A stretch of 64,000 nucleotides of DNA from an uncultured Ruminococcus sp. (GCA_964384555.1 CAYLLA010000001.1:73710-137709), one strand, 5' to 3'; counted from the first letter of the stretch, positions 29,069 through 39,709 are shown. Numbers and translations: made by a program. The notes: generated by a model from the sequence alone, not told the origin.

Positions 29069-29959
29069 GTGCAGTTTTCAAGGGTCGCAGTTGTAACGAA
29101 TTTTAATATATCCGAAAAAGCGGAGGTCGCACTGGCGGCCGCCCGCGCCTTTGCCACGCACGGAGCATCCCTTTTGCTTGATCTTTCGGCCAAGGGCAAG
29201 TGCGGCTTTGAGGCGGCGGGGCTTGCGCCGAGATATATGGCGGCGCATACGCTTTACGAAAATGCCGATATCGTTGTTGTGGTCGGCGGGGACGGCTCTG
29301 TTCTTGAGGCGGCGCGGCGCTGTGCCGTGCGCTCCACCCCGGTGCTTGGCATAAACAAAGGGCGGCTGGGCTTTTTGTGCGAGCTTGAGGTGGATGAGCT
29401 GGGGCTTATAGATGGTCTCTACAGCGGCAAATATTCGATCGAGCGGCACACGATGCTGAATGTTGAGGTAATGAGCCGACCGGATGAAAATGGTGAGCGG
29501 CGGCGCAACTATATAGCGCGTGCGCTCAATGATGCGGTCGTCTCAAACGGCTCGGTGGCGCGTATCGTGGATATCGAGCTTCGCGAGGGCGGCAAAACGG
29601 CGGCGACCTATCGTGCCGACGGCATTATTGCCGCCACACCTACCGGATCTACCGCTTATTCCATGTCGGCGGGCGGCCCTGTTCTTGATCCGCGCCTTGG
29701 CGGCATCTGCATAACTCCGATATGTGCGCATTCGGTCTCCGCAAAGCCGATAGTTTTCCCGGACAGCGCAAAGCTTGAGATAGTAAATGTCTGCCGCCGC
29801 GAGCCGGCACTCTTTCTGACTGTTGATGGCAGGGTGAACATAAAGCTTGCACGCGGTGAGGCGGTAAGGATAACCCGCTCGGATAGGCACGCGGGGATAA
29901 TACGGCTCAAAGAGGATGTTTTTTACGAGGTCTTCAAGCACAAAATGAGCGGGATCTGA
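29069..29959 (+). CDS. nadK: NAD kinase
   Basis: GGDGS, GRLGFL, ALND, ADG.IAATPTGSTAYSMSAGGP; GTG start after GGAGG. Confidence 0.93.
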   Translation: MQFSRVAVVTNFNISEKAEVALAAARAFATHGASLLLDLSAKGKCGFEAAGLAPRYMAAHTLYENADIVVVVGGDGSVLEAARRCAVRSTPVLGINKGRLGFLCELEVDELGLIDGLYSGKYSIERHTMLNVEVMSRPDENGERRRNYIARALNDAVVSNGSVARIVDIELREGGKTAATYRADGIIAATPTGSTAYSMSAGGPVLDPRLGGICITPICAHSVSAKPIVFPDSAKLEIVNVCRREPALFLTVDGRVNIKLARGEAVRITRSDRHAGIIRLKEDVFYEVFKHKMSGI

Positions 29960-30053
29960 TCCCGATATCACGAGAGACCGTGATACACAAAAGTATATTA
30001 TTTAAAGATAAAAGAAGATCAAAAGAAGATCGAAAGGATCGGTTAGCCATATA

Positions 30054-30509
30054 ATGAAAAGTGGACGACAGGAAAAGATCATAAGCCTTATCGAAAACTG
30101 CGATGTTGAAACGCAGGAGGAGCTGATAGGGCTGTTGCTTCGCGAGGGATATCGGGTAACGCAGGCCACGGTCTCCCGCGATATAAAAGAGCTAAAGCTC
30201 TCAAAGGTCCCGACCGGCCGCGGCACATACAAATACACGCTCCCGCGGCAGGAGGATAGCGGCAGTAACATAAAATTCAATACGGCACTTATCGAGTCGA
30301 TAAAAAAGGTGGATTATTCGGGTAATATGATAGTCCTTTCTACCTATCCGGGGCTTGCAAACGCAGTGGCTGCGGGGCTTGATGCCATAGACAGTGACGA
30401 GATACTCGGCAGTGTTGCCGGTGACGATACCATATTTATCGTAACGCGGGGGCTGGATTCCTCCAAAAAGCTCAGCGAAAAGATAAAAATACTTTTGCGT
30501 TCTGTTTGA
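30054..30509 (+). CDS. argR: Arginine repressor
   Basis: ETQEEL, VTQATVSRDIKEL, GSVAGDDTIF. Confidence 0.95.
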   Translation: MKSGRQEKIISLIENCDVETQEELIGLLLREGYRVTQATVSRDIKELKLSKVPTGRGTYKYTLPRQEDSGSNIKFNTALIESIKKVDYSGNMIVLSTYPGLANAVAAGLDAIDSDEILGSVAGDDTIFIVTRGLDSSKKLSEKIKILLRSV

Positions 30510-30547
30510 ATGCACCGCAAGGATGTCTGTGGGGACGGTGATTTTTA

Positions 30548-32278
30548 ATGCTCAGATCGCTTCATATAGAGAATATAGCGGTAATAAAAACGCTTGATCT
30601 TGATATCGCCGATGGCTTTACGGCAATGACGGGCGAGACAGGCGCAGGTAAATCGATAATTATAGACAGCATAAATTTTTTGCTTTGCAATCGCACGGGG
30701 CGTGAGCTTGTGCGCACGGGGCAGGATCGCGCCGAGGTATCGGCGGTGTTTGACGGCATTGGCGGCGGGATCGCCGAGGAGCTTGCCGCGCTCGGCATCG
30801 AATGCGAGGACGGCGAGCTCTCCTTGGGTCGCACATTGACCGCCGATGGTCGTTCGACCTGCCGCATAAACGGTCGCGGCGTTACACAGGCGGTATTGCG
30901 CCGAGTTGGTGGGCTTTTGGTCTCGATACACGGGCAAAACGAAAATATCAAGCTCACCGACCCTGCCGAGCAGTTGCGGCTTCTTGATGCCGCTGCTCAC
31001 GCGGAGGGCGTGCTTGCCGAGTACGGCGAGATATATTCCGCCCTGACTGCCGTGCGGGGGGAGATCGACGGTCTTTGCAGAGACGAAAAGGAGCAAAATC
31101 AGCTCCGCGACATGCTTGAATATCAGATAAAGGACATCTCCGCCCTGAAGCTCAAGGTCGGGGAGGAAGAGAACCTGCTTATTGAAAAAAAGCGCCTTTT
31201 GAGCCTTGAGACGATAAAAAAGCAGTCTGATATCGCTCTGCGTGCGATACATGGGAATGAACGCGGGGTCACCGCATCCTATCTTTTAACAAAGGCCGCG
31301 GATGCACTGCGGCGGATATCCGATGTTTATCCCGAATATCGCGAATATGCCGAGCGGCTTGAGGCCTGCCGCTATGAGGCTGATGACATTGCCGCCGAGG
31401 TGATGAGCCGAAGCGGGGCGGATGACGGCGATGGAGCAGATCCCACGGCGCGCCTTGATGTCATAGAGACCCGCCTTGATGCCATATCAAGACTCAAGAA
31501 AAAATACGGCTCGACCATCGAGGAGATACTTGAATTTAAAGCGAATGCCGAGGCGCGTCTTACCGCACTTGAAAACGGTGACGAGCGGATCGGCGAGCTT
31601 CGACGACGAGAGAGGGAGCTTTGCTCGTCTCTTGAGAAGACCGGTGCGGTGCTTGGCGAGCTGAGGCGAGCCGCCGCCGCGGGGATCGAAGGGCGAGTGG
31701 CCGAGTCACTGGCGTTCCTTGATATGCCAAAGGTGAGATTTTGTATTGCAATAGATCGGCTGGACGAGCCCACCCCGCGAGGGTACGACCGTGCAGAGCT
31801 CAGGATCGCGCCCAACCCCGGCGAGCCTCCACGCTCGTTGGCAAAGATTGCATCCGGCGGCGAGCTTTCAAGAATAATGCTGTCGATCAAAAGCGTTATG
31901 GCGGATCTTGACGGTGTGCCCACCGTCATATATGACGAGGTGGATGCGGGCATCTCAGGCAAGACCTCACGTAAGGTCGGCATAAAGCTGCGCGAGGCCT
32001 CCGAGTCCTCACAGATACTTTGCGTTACACACTCGGCGCAGATAGCCTCGCTGGCCGCCAATCATCTTTTGATAACCAAAACAGAGCGTGACGGCAGGAG
32101 CGAATCCACCGTTACATATCTTGATGAAGACGGCAGGGTAGAGGAGACCGCAAGGATACTCGGCGGCATCAATATCACCGATGCACAGCGTGCCGCGGCG
32201 CGTGAGCTTATAGCCGAGGGTGCGGATATAAATAACGGACATAGCATCCGAAACAAAACAAAACCGAAAGACAGATAA
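30548..32278 (+). CDS. recN: DNA repair protein RecN
   Basis: TGETGAGKS, IHGQ, coiled coil, ASGGELSR, YDEVDAGISG, VTH. Confidence 0.95.
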   Translation: MLRSLHIENIAVIKTLDLDIADGFTAMTGETGAGKSIIIDSINFLLCNRTGRELVRTGQDRAEVSAVFDGIGGGIAEELAALGIECEDGELSLGRTLTADGRSTCRINGRGVTQAVLRRVGGLLVSIHGQNENIKLTDPAEQLRLLDAAAHAEGVLAEYGEIYSALTAVRGEIDGLCRDEKEQNQLRDMLEYQIKDISALKLKVGEEENLLIEKKRLLSLETIKKQSDIALRAIHGNERGVTASYLLTKAADALRRISDVYPEYREYAERLEACRYEADDIAAEVMSRSGADDGDGADPTARLDVIETRLDAISRLKKKYGSTIEEILEFKANAEARLTALENGDERIGELRRRERELCSSLEKTGAVLGELRRAAAAGIEGRVAESLAFLDMPKVRFCIAIDRLDEPTPRGYDRAELRIAPNPGEPPRSLAKIASGGELSRIMLSIKSVMADLDGVPTVIYDEVDAGISGKTSRKVGIKLREASESSQILCVTHSAQIASLAANHLLITKTERDGRSESTVTYLDEDGRVEETARILGGINITDAQRAAARELIAEGADINNGHSIRNKTKPKDR

Positions 32279-32315
32279 AAAACAGATAAAAAACAAAAAA
32301 GGTCAGGTATAAAAA

Positions 32316-32525
32316 ATGCTGAGATCATTATTGCTTACCTACTCATACGCGGTGCTTGCAAATGTGCCGGCATCCATCTCGCCCGCAACGGGTGATAACA
32401 GCCGCCCGTGGCTTTGGGCAGTCATCGGCGGTGTTGCCGTGGTGCTTGTCGTTTTGTTGGCTCTCATGGGCAAACGCGGCGGCCACGAAGACGATGATGA
32501 GACCGATGACGGCGACGATAAATAA
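32316..32525 (+). CDS. Small membrane protein with SPxTG sortase-like motif
   Basis: SPATGD, then TM helix, KR and acidic tail; 69 aa. Confidence 0.6.
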   Translation: MLRSLLLTYSYAVLANVPASISPATGDNSRPWLWAVIGGVAVVLVVLLALMGKRGGHEDDDETDDGDDK

Positions 32526-32608
32526 TAAAGACCGTATCGATCAAATAAAAATCATAACCATATAACACATAACACTGTATAACATTAATATCAGAAAGGC
32601 ACAGTCCT

Positions 32609-34333
32609 ATGACTAACGTAAAAAATGAGATCGCACAGGCGCTGAGGGAAAAGATCGAGGCAATGGCCCCCGGTGCCGCTCCGAGCGCGGAGGAGCTCTC
32701 CGCAATGCTCGAATACCCGCCGGATGCATCAATGGGTGATATAGCTCTCCCGTGCTTTAAGCTCAGCCGCAGTCTGCGCCGCGCACCTGCGCAGATATCA
32801 GATGCACTTGCCGAGGGCTTTTCCACCCCCGCCGTGGCATCGGTCGCATCCTGCAAGGGATATCTTAATTTTAAGCTCGACGATGCCGAACTTGCCCGCT
32901 CCGTTATCGGCGAGGTGCTCTCCCGCGGTGACCGCTACGGCGCACCGAATATCGGCGAGGGCAAGACCGTAGTGCTTGACTATTCCTCCCCCAACGTTGC
33001 CAAGCCGTTCCATATAGGTCACCTCGGTACTACCGTTATCGGACATGCACTCAAGCGCCTGCATGAGTTTGCAGGCTACAAGTGCGTGGGCGTTAACCAC
33101 CTCGGCGACTGGGGCACACAGTTTGGTAAGCTGATAGTTGCCTACCGCAAGTGGGGCAGCCGTGAGGAGGTAGAGCGCCGCGAGATAGATGAGCTGGTGG
33201 CACTTTATGTCAAGTTCCACGCAGAGGCAGAGGAGCATCCCGAGCTGAATGACGAGGCGAGAGCCGAGTTTACAAAGCTTGAGCATCATGACCCGGAAAA
33301 CACCGAGCTTTGGCGTTGGTTTATAGATATCTCGCTCCGCGAATATCAAAAAACATACGATCAGCTTGGCATCACCTTTGACAGCTACAAGGGCGAGAGC
33401 TTTTATTATGATAAAGTCCCCGCGGTGGTCGAAAAGCTTCGCGAGTGCGGTCTGCTTAAAAACGATGACGGCGCGGAGATAGTGGATCTTGAGGAGTACG
33501 GCATGCCGCCGTGCCTCATCCTTAAAAACGACGGCTCGTCAATATATCCCTCCCGTGATATTGCCGCCGCGCTTTACAGAAAAGAGACCTACGATTTTGA
33601 TAAATGCATATACGTTACCTCCGCAGGTCAGTCACTGCATTTTGCACAGTGGTTCAAGGTCATCGAGCTTATGGGCTATGATTGGTATGATAAGCTCGTC
33701 CATGTACCCTACGGTACTGTGTCGATAAACGGCGCAAAGCTTGCCACGCGTACAGGCAACGTGATCCTTTTGCGCGACCTTTTTGCCGAGTCTATCGAAA
33801 AGGTGCGTGAGATCACTCGCGAAAAGAACCCGGATATGCCGGAGGAGGAGCTTCGCGAGATATCCGAGAGTGTGGGCGTTGGTGCTATCGTATTTTATTA
33901 TCTTTCCAATAACCGCATAAAGGATATAAACTTTATGCTTGAGGATGCATTGTCCTATGACGGCAACACAGGCCCTTATGTTCAGTACACCTACGCACGT
34001 ATATCCTCTCTCCTGTCACGTGCAGGGGAGGAGATAGGCATGCCGGAGGGCGGATATCAGCTCGGCACACCGGAGGAGCATGACCTGCTAAAGCTCCTTG
34101 CCATCTTCCCGGATCGCGTGCTGGCGGCACTGAGAGACTACGAGCCGTCTGTCATTACCCGCTATATGATAGAGCTGACGGCATCCTATAACCGCTTCTA
34201 TCATAACTGCCAGATCCTCTCGGCTGAGGACGAAGCGGTGCGCCGCTCAAGGCTTGCGCTTTCCGCGGCGGTAAAGACCGTGCTGGGTATCTCCCTCGGC
34301 CTTATCTGCATGAAGCGGACCGAAAAGATCTGA
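32609..34333 (+). CDS. argS: Arginine--tRNA ligase
   Basis: DYSSPNVAKPFHIGH, NHLGDWGTQFG, KLATR, GPYVQYTYAR. Confidence 0.96.
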   Translation: MTNVKNEIAQALREKIEAMAPGAAPSAEELSAMLEYPPDASMGDIALPCFKLSRSLRRAPAQISDALAEGFSTPAVASVASCKGYLNFKLDDAELARSVIGEVLSRGDRYGAPNIGEGKTVVLDYSSPNVAKPFHIGHLGTTVIGHALKRLHEFAGYKCVGVNHLGDWGTQFGKLIVAYRKWGSREEVERREIDELVALYVKFHAEAEEHPELNDEARAEFTKLEHHDPENTELWRWFIDISLREYQKTYDQLGITFDSYKGESFYYDKVPAVVEKLRECGLLKNDDGAEIVDLEEYGMPPCLILKNDGSSIYPSRDIAAALYRKETYDFDKCIYVTSAGQSLHFAQWFKVIELMGYDWYDKLVHVPYGTVSINGAKLATRTGNVILLRDLFAESIEKVREITREKNPDMPEEELREISESVGVGAIVFYYLSNNRIKDINFMLEDALSYDGNTGPYVQYTYARISSLLSRAGEEIGMPEGGYQLGTPEEHDLLKLLAIFPDRVLAALRDYEPSVITRYMIELTASYNRFYHNCQILSAEDEAVRRSRLALSAAVKTVLGISLGLICMKRTEKI

Positions 34334-34413
34334 TGCGGGTCGGCGGTCTGCAAAACGACAAAAAACAAAGCAAAAAATAATAATTATATAATTACAAAGT
34401 GAGGAAATAAAAA

Positions 34414-35151
34414 ATGTCCGGACACAGCAAATGGAGTAACATCAAGCACAAAAAGGAAAAGACCGATGCGCAAAAGGCAAAGGTGTTTACCAAGATCGGT
34501 AAGGAGATCACAATAGCGGTCAAGGAGAGCGGCGGTGACCCCTCCACCAACTCCAAACTGCGCGATCTTATCCAAAAGGCAAAATCAAACAACGTTCCCA
34601 ACGATAATATCGAGCGCACCATCAAAAAGGCTCTCGGCTCGGCCGATGTCGCCTACGAGGAGATCACCTACGAGGGCTACGGTCCCTCCGGTGTTGCCGT
34701 TATAGTTGAGACCACCACCGATAACCGCAACCGTACCGCAGGTAACATCCGTGCATACTTCTCAAAGTATCACGGTAACCTTGGCCAGAGCGGCTGCGTC
34801 AGCTTTATGTTTACCGAAAAGGGCGTTATCGTGATCACCGATGAGTACGGTGAGGTCGATGAGGATAAGCTGATGGAGACGGCTCTTGAGGCGGGAGCGG
34901 CTGACTTCAAGGCAGACGAGGGCCTCTATATCGTTTACACCGAGCCTGATGACGTTTACGCCATATCCGAAGAGCTTAAGGCCGCGGGATATGAGGTCGA
35001 ATCCGCCGAAAAGGAAAAGGTTGCGGATACCACCGTTGATCTTGACGGCGAGGAAGACCGCAAATTTATGGGTCTGCTCATAGAGCGGCTTGAGGATGAC
35101 GACGATGTTATGAACGTTTACCACAACTGGGGGAACTGCGACGAGGAGTGA
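34414..35151 (+). CDS. YebC/PmpR family protein
   Basis: MSGHSKW.NIK, YEGYGP.G, TDNRNRT, LEDDDDV. Confidence 0.95.
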   Translation: MSGHSKWSNIKHKKEKTDAQKAKVFTKIGKEITIAVKESGGDPSTNSKLRDLIQKAKSNNVPNDNIERTIKKALGSADVAYEEITYEGYGPSGVAVIVETTTDNRNRTAGNIRAYFSKYHGNLGQSGCVSFMFTEKGVIVITDEYGEVDEDKLMETALEAGAADFKADEGLYIVYTEPDDVYAISEELKAAGYEVESAEKEKVADTTVDLDGEEDRKFMGLLIERLEDDDDVMNVYHNWGNCDEE

Positions 35152-35169
35152 TCCTTGCGGCATGATGCC

Positions 35170-36630
35170 ATGAACAAATATAAACGGCTTTTATCAAATA
35201 CCGTTATATTGGCGGTAGGCACCTTTTCCTCAAAGGTGCTGGTGTATCTTTTGTTGCCGCTTTATACGGCAATGCTGTCGCCGGCCGAATACTCGGATGC
35301 AAATATCATATCTCAAATAGCAAACCTTATAATGCCCGTGGCGGCAATAGGTGTGTGTGACGGTCTTTTTCGCTTTGCGCTTGACGCGGGTGAAAAAAAG
35401 CGGGAGGTTTTTTCCTCCGGTATTACGATCCTCACGCTCGGCACTTTGCTGTTTTTGGCGGTCTCACCGTTGCTTTTTAAGCTTGATATGCTAACTGGAT
35501 ATGCATGGCTTGCGATAATATACGTTATAGCCGCCAACTATCAGCTTGCGTGCGCCAACTATATACGCGCACTGGGGCGCACCACCGTGTTTGCGGTGCA
35601 GGGAATAATCAATACTGCGCTGAACATTGCCTTTAACATCCTGTTTTTGGTCGTGTTCAAAATGGGAGTTTACGGTTATGTTTTGTCGGTAGTTGTGGCA
35701 AACGTCATCGTCACCGTTATAATGGTGATGTGGCAAAAGCTCTACCGCGACCTCGGCATCTCTCTCTTTGATCGCCGCATAGCTGCCGATATGCTCAAGT
35801 ACAGCGCACCAATGATACCCACATCTATCTTTTGGTGGCTCACAAGCGTTTCGGGGCAGTTCCTTGTAAAATACATCTGCGGGGACGAGGCCAACGGCAT
35901 ATTTGCCGCATCCTATAAGATCCCCACGGTGCTTACCCTCATGACTACGATCTTTATCGAGGCATGGCAGTATTCCGCCGTGGCCGATGCCGATGACGGC
36001 GACCGCGGGGAGTTCTTCTCAAAGGTGTTCAGGACCTACTCCGGCCTTATCTTTATGGCTGCCTCTGCACTTGCCGCACTGGCAAAGCTGTTTGCATCCT
36101 TTATGTTGGCAGATGATTATTACAGCGCATGGCAGTATATGCCAACGCTCGTTATCGCCACAACGTTCTCCGCAGTTACAACTTTTCTCGGCAGTATATA
36201 CATGGTAAAAAAGAAGAGCATGCTCTCCTTTTTAACGTCAATGTGCGGCGCGGTGCTTAATGTCGGTATCTGCTTGATCTTGGTGCCGAAGTACGGCGCA
36301 CAGGGCGCGGCGATAGCGGCGGCTGTCAGCTATTTTGCCGTGTTTGCCATAAGAGCGGTCAACACACAAAAATACGTCCGCTTTGATATGCACCCGGCGG
36401 TGATAGCGCTCAATGCCGTTATACTCATATTCCAGTGCGCCGTGATGGTGCTTGAGGTGAGATATTGGATAGCCATTGAGGCGGTGTGCTTCCTGCTGAT
36501 ATTCGCCCTCAACGCAAAGCCGATAATAGAGGGCGCGCTAATGCTCCTGCGCGGCTTTTTGGGCGCCGTGCGCGGCCGCGGACGAGGTGTCGGCGCATCC
36601 GATGCGGGATCCGACCGCGAGGATGACTGA
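35170..36630 (+). CDS. MOP-superfamily (Wzx-like) flippase
   Basis: Multiple TM helices; LLPLYT, MLKYSAPMIP, C-terminal polysaccharide-biosynthesis pattern. Confidence 0.8.
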   Translation: MNKYKRLLSNTVILAVGTFSSKVLVYLLLPLYTAMLSPAEYSDANIISQIANLIMPVAAIGVCDGLFRFALDAGEKKREVFSSGITILTLGTLLFLAVSPLLFKLDMLTGYAWLAIIYVIAANYQLACANYIRALGRTTVFAVQGIINTALNIAFNILFLVVFKMGVYGYVLSVVVANVIVTVIMVMWQKLYRDLGISLFDRRIAADMLKYSAPMIPTSIFWWLTSVSGQFLVKYICGDEANGIFAASYKIPTVLTLMTTIFIEAWQYSAVADADDGDRGEFFSKVFRTYSGLIFMAASALAALAKLFASFMLADDYYSAWQYMPTLVIATTFSAVTTFLGSIYMVKKKSMLSFLTSMCGAVLNVGICLILVPKYGAQGAAIAAAVSYFAVFAIRAVNTQKYVRFDMHPAVIALNAVILIFQCAVMVLEVRYWIAIEAVCFLLIFALNAKPIIEGALMLLRGFLGAVRGRGRGVGASDAGSDREDD

Positions 36631-36699
36631 TAGGACGACCGATGGTGAGAAAAACAGCAAAAATATCGTCGATATTCTGAGTTTTTTTGCAAAAAGGTA

Positions 36700-36728
36700 T
36701 TGCAAAAAAACTCAAAGTGTGATATAAT
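36700..36728 (+). promoter_or_regulatory. SigA promoter for rplS
   Basis: TTGCAA-17-TATAAT with TG extended -10. Confidence 0.75.
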
Positions 36729-36734
36729 ATCAAA

Positions 36735-36800
36735 GTCCGGGTCATGCCGGAACGAGGCAGTCCGCTGCGGGCTCTGCATGAATGCTTCGATATCCTATTA
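36735..36800 (+). ncRNA. L19 ribosomal protein leader
   Basis: GAGGCAGTCCGCTG...ATGAATGCTTC stem-loop in the rplS 5'UTR, resembling the Firmicutes L19 leader. Confidence 0.65.
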
Positions 36801-36827
36801 TAAAAATATTATAAAGGAGGGGCTGAA

Positions 36828-37169
36828 ATGGATTACATTGCAGCTATGACCAACGAGCAGTTAAAGGAAACACTTCCCCAGTTTGAGGTTGGAGACAACG
36901 TTCGCGTTTCCTGCCGTATCAAGGAAGGTACCCGTGAAAGGATCCAGCTTTTCGAGGGAACCGTTATCGCCAAACGCGGCGGCGGCATCTCCGAGACCTT
37001 CACCGTAAGACGTGTTGCTTACGGATGCGGTGTTGAAAAGACTTTCCCGATCCACTCTCCCAACGTTGCCGCTGTCGAGGTAACTCGTCATGGTAAGGTA
37101 AGACGTGCTAAGCTGTTCTACCTGCGTGACAGAGTCGGCAAGGCTTCCAAGGTCAAAGAGAAGATCTGA
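36828..37169 (+). CDS. rplS: 50S ribosomal protein L19
   Basis: [36 protein letters not shown]. Confidence 0.97.
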   Translation: MDYIAAMTNEQLKETLPQFEVGDNVRVSCRIKEGTRERIQLFEGTVIAKRGGGISETFTVRRVAYGCGVEKTFPIHSPNVAAVEVTRHGKVRRAKLFYLRDRVGKASKVKEKI

Positions 37170-37194
37170 GTTATCTGCTGATGGGAGCGATCCC

Positions 37195-37234
37195 AAAAAT
37201 AAGCGATGTGCCGTGGCACATCGCTTATTTTTTT
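37195..37234 (+). terminator. Rho-independent terminator
   Basis: AAAAATAAGCGATGTGCC/GGCACATCGCTTATTTTT followed by a T-run. Confidence 0.85.
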
Positions 37235-37352
37235 GGCGGATACACGCCTGCGTGGCGTGGTCCGCTGTAAAAATATACATCCTTTGCGCATCTGTATAAG
37301 CCTCCGCGGGCTTGGAAAATAATCATCTAAACGGATACGGGGGGATTTTTTT

Positions 37353-38126
37353 ATGTACTATAATAAAGTTGAGATATGCGGCGTTAACACATCAAAGCTC
37401 AAAACGCTGACAGACGAAGAAAAAAACGAGCTGTTGCGGCGCACAAAAGCGGGGGACGGCGCGGCGCGTGAGGAGCTGATATACGGTAATCTCAGGCTCG
37501 TTTTGAGCGTAATACAGCGCTTTACCGGCAGGCGTGAGAGCATGGACGATCTTTTTCAGGTTGGGTGCATTGGGCTTATAAAGGCGGTAGATAATTTTAA
37601 TATTGACCTTGGAGTCAAATTTTCCACCTATGCCGTGCCGATGATCATAGGTGAGATACGCCGCTACCTGCGGGATAACAATACCATAAGGGTCAGCCGC
37701 TCGATGCGCGATCTTGCATATCGTGCGCTGACCTTGAGGGAGGAGCTTATACGGCAAAATCAGTGCGAGCCGTCGCCGCAGGAGCTTGCGGATAAGCTTG
37801 GCGAGCGGCGGGAGGATGTTGTGGGAGCTATGGAGGCAATAATCGAGCCGCTCTCACTCTACGAGCCTGTCTACAGCGAAAACGGAGATTCGCTGTACGT
37901 GATGGATCAAATAGCCGATACGGGGGCATCCGATGAGGCGTGGCTGGAGGGGATAGCACTTGCTGAGGCAATGAAAACGCTCGGCGAGCGGGAAAGAGCG
38001 ATAATAAACATGCGATTTTATAAAAATAAAACGCAGATGGAGATAGCGGACGAGATAGGTATCTCCCAAGCGCAGGTCTCCCGCCTTGAAAAAGGCGCAC
38101 TTGAACGCATGCGCCGTCAGCTTTAA
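37353..38126 (+). CDS. sigG: Sporulation sigma factor SigG
   Basis: NKVEICGVNTSKL, NLRLVLSVIQRF, DDLFQVGCIGL, FSTYAVPMIIGEIRRYLRDN, QAQVSRLEK. Confidence 0.93.
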   Translation: MYYNKVEICGVNTSKLKTLTDEEKNELLRRTKAGDGAAREELIYGNLRLVLSVIQRFTGRRESMDDLFQVGCIGLIKAVDNFNIDLGVKFSTYAVPMIIGEIRRYLRDNNTIRVSRSMRDLAYRALTLREELIRQNQCEPSPQELADKLGERREDVVGAMEAIIEPLSLYEPVYSENGDSLYVMDQIADTGASDEAWLEGIALAEAMKTLGERERAIINMRFYKNKTQMEIADEIGISQAQVSRLEKGALERMRRQL

Positions 38127-38131
38127 TTCAA

Positions 38132-38162
38132 AACCTCGGTCAAGCTATGCTTGGCCGAGGTT
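38132..38162. terminator. Hairpin between convergent sigG and ABC operon
   Basis: AACCTCGGTCAAGC/GCTTGGCCGAGGTT. Confidence 0.65.
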
Positions 38163-38187
38163 GGGGTGAGTCAAATATGGTTTTGCG

Positions 38188-38814
38188 TTATATTAAATCT
38201 TGTATCACGTATGTCTCGGCCGGTGTAGAATCAAATGTCATGATCCTATCGGCAAAGCGGCGGGACAGCTCTTCCGAGTGGATGACCGCTATTGCGGCGG
38301 CATTGGCGGTGTGACGGTGTATCACGTCTATGCAAAGCTCGGCGCTCTGTCTGTCAAGTGCGGCAAACGGTTCGTCAAAGAGATAAAGCTCCGCCGGGCG
38401 TGCCAGTGCCCGCGCAATGGACACGCGCGTTTGCATGCCGCCCGAAAGCTCATGCGGCAGGTCATCCTCGTGGCCGTTAAGCCCAAGCTCGCAAAGCAGC
38501 TCACGCGCCGCCGCAAGCCCCTGCTTTTTGTCGCCCGCCACAAGATTTACATTTTGAGCGGCGCTCAAGTGCGGCAAAAGCAGCGGCGATTGCATTGAAA
38601 GTGATATCCTCGGCGCGGCGGGGGAGAACGAAAGCTCGCCGCTGTAGCTTTGGTCGATCCCGGCTATTATCGAGAGCAGAGTGGATTTTCCGCACCCGGA
38701 CGGCCCGCATATCGCAAGCCTGCCGCCGCGGGGGATCTCGATCCTGCAGGTGAGCGCGGAGACTGCCGTCAGCTCGCCGAATTTTTTTGTTATTCCGTTA
38801 AGCTCTATCAGCAT
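38188..38814 (-). CDS. NitT/TauT-family ABC ATPase
   Basis: GPSGCGKST, LSGGMQTRVSIARAL, FDEPFAALD. Confidence 0.88.
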   Translation of the reverse strand: MLIELNGITKKFGELTAVSALTCRIEIPRGGRLAICGPSGCGKSTLLSIIAGIDQSYSGELSFSPAAPRISLSMQSPLLLPHLSAAQNVNLVAGDKKQGLAAARELLCELGLNGHEDDLPHELSGGMQTRVSIARALARPAELYLFDEPFAALDRQSAELCIDVIHRHTANAAAIAVIHSEELSRRFADRIMTFDSTPAETYVIQDLI

Positions 38815-39709
38815 CTCGTTCACCGCCTTTCTGCTCGGTCGTTTGATTGCTTTGCATCGGCGCTTTGGTGGTGCTTTCGGCGTCCGCACAGGTCGCCACG
38901 CCGCCCTGCGGCTTGCCTTTTGTTCTTTTTTGCGATATTGCGGTCACTACCCGCCCCACAGCAAACTCTATGCAAAGGCTGAGTATTATTATAACAAAGG
39001 TCCACGCAAACAGATCCGTGGTCTCAAAGTATACCTTTGATTGATAAAGCATTCGTCCTATCGAATATTTCGGAATGGCCAGTACCTCGGCGGCGATGCC
39101 CGCTTTCCAAGCAAGCCCCAAGGATGAACGCAGTGATGTTACAAAATGCGGGTATGCCGCAGGCGCGTATACGCGGCGCAGCATAGTCAGCGGGGATAAT
39201 TCATATACCGACAAAAGCCTTAAAAGCTCGCGGTCAACGCTTTGTATCCCGGCCTTTACATTTGCAAATATCAGCGGATATACCATCAAAAAGGCTATAA
39301 ACGCGGGCAGGGGAGACGTGCCGAGCCATACCAGCGCAAGTATTATAAAGGATGCCACAGGCGTGGATCGGATTATAGTCATAAAAGGTGATATCAGCCT
39401 GTCTATGACGTTAAAGCGACAGCACGCGGCGGCTGTTATGATACCTGCGATGACAGCAGAGAGTATTCCCGCCGTTACTCGCAGGAGCGAGAGCGTGGTC
39501 GAGTGCCAAAAATCCGCGGTGATTGCAAGCTCCGCCACACGGCGCAGTGTGGATATGGGGGAGGGGAGAAGCAACTCGTTCCCCACGGCAAGCGACAACA
39601 CCTGCCAAAGTACAAACCAAAAAACGGCAACGCCGAGTGCCGACAACGCGCGGCGTGCACGCGTTGTCGGTCGCTCGGCGTGAGTATTTTGAACTCGCCG
39701 GTCTTTCAT
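38798..39709 (-). CDS. NitT/TauT-family ABC permease
   Basis: LLLPSP, RSTPVASFII, LGLAWK.GIAAE. Confidence 0.88.
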   Translation of the reverse strand: MKDRRVQNTHAERPTTRARRALSALGVAVFWFVLWQVLSLAVGNELLLPSPISTLRRVAELAITADFWHSTTLSLLRVTAGILSAVIAGIITAAACCRFNVIDRLISPFMTIIRSTPVASFIILALVWLGTSPLPAFIAFLMVYPLIFANVKAGIQSVDRELLRLLSVYELSPLTMLRRVYAPAAYPHFVTSLRSSLGLAWKAGIAAEVLAIPKYSIGRMLYQSKVYFETTDLFAWTFVIIILSLCIEFAVGRVVTAISQKRTKGKPQGGVATCADAESTTKAPMQSNQTTEQKGGERDADRA

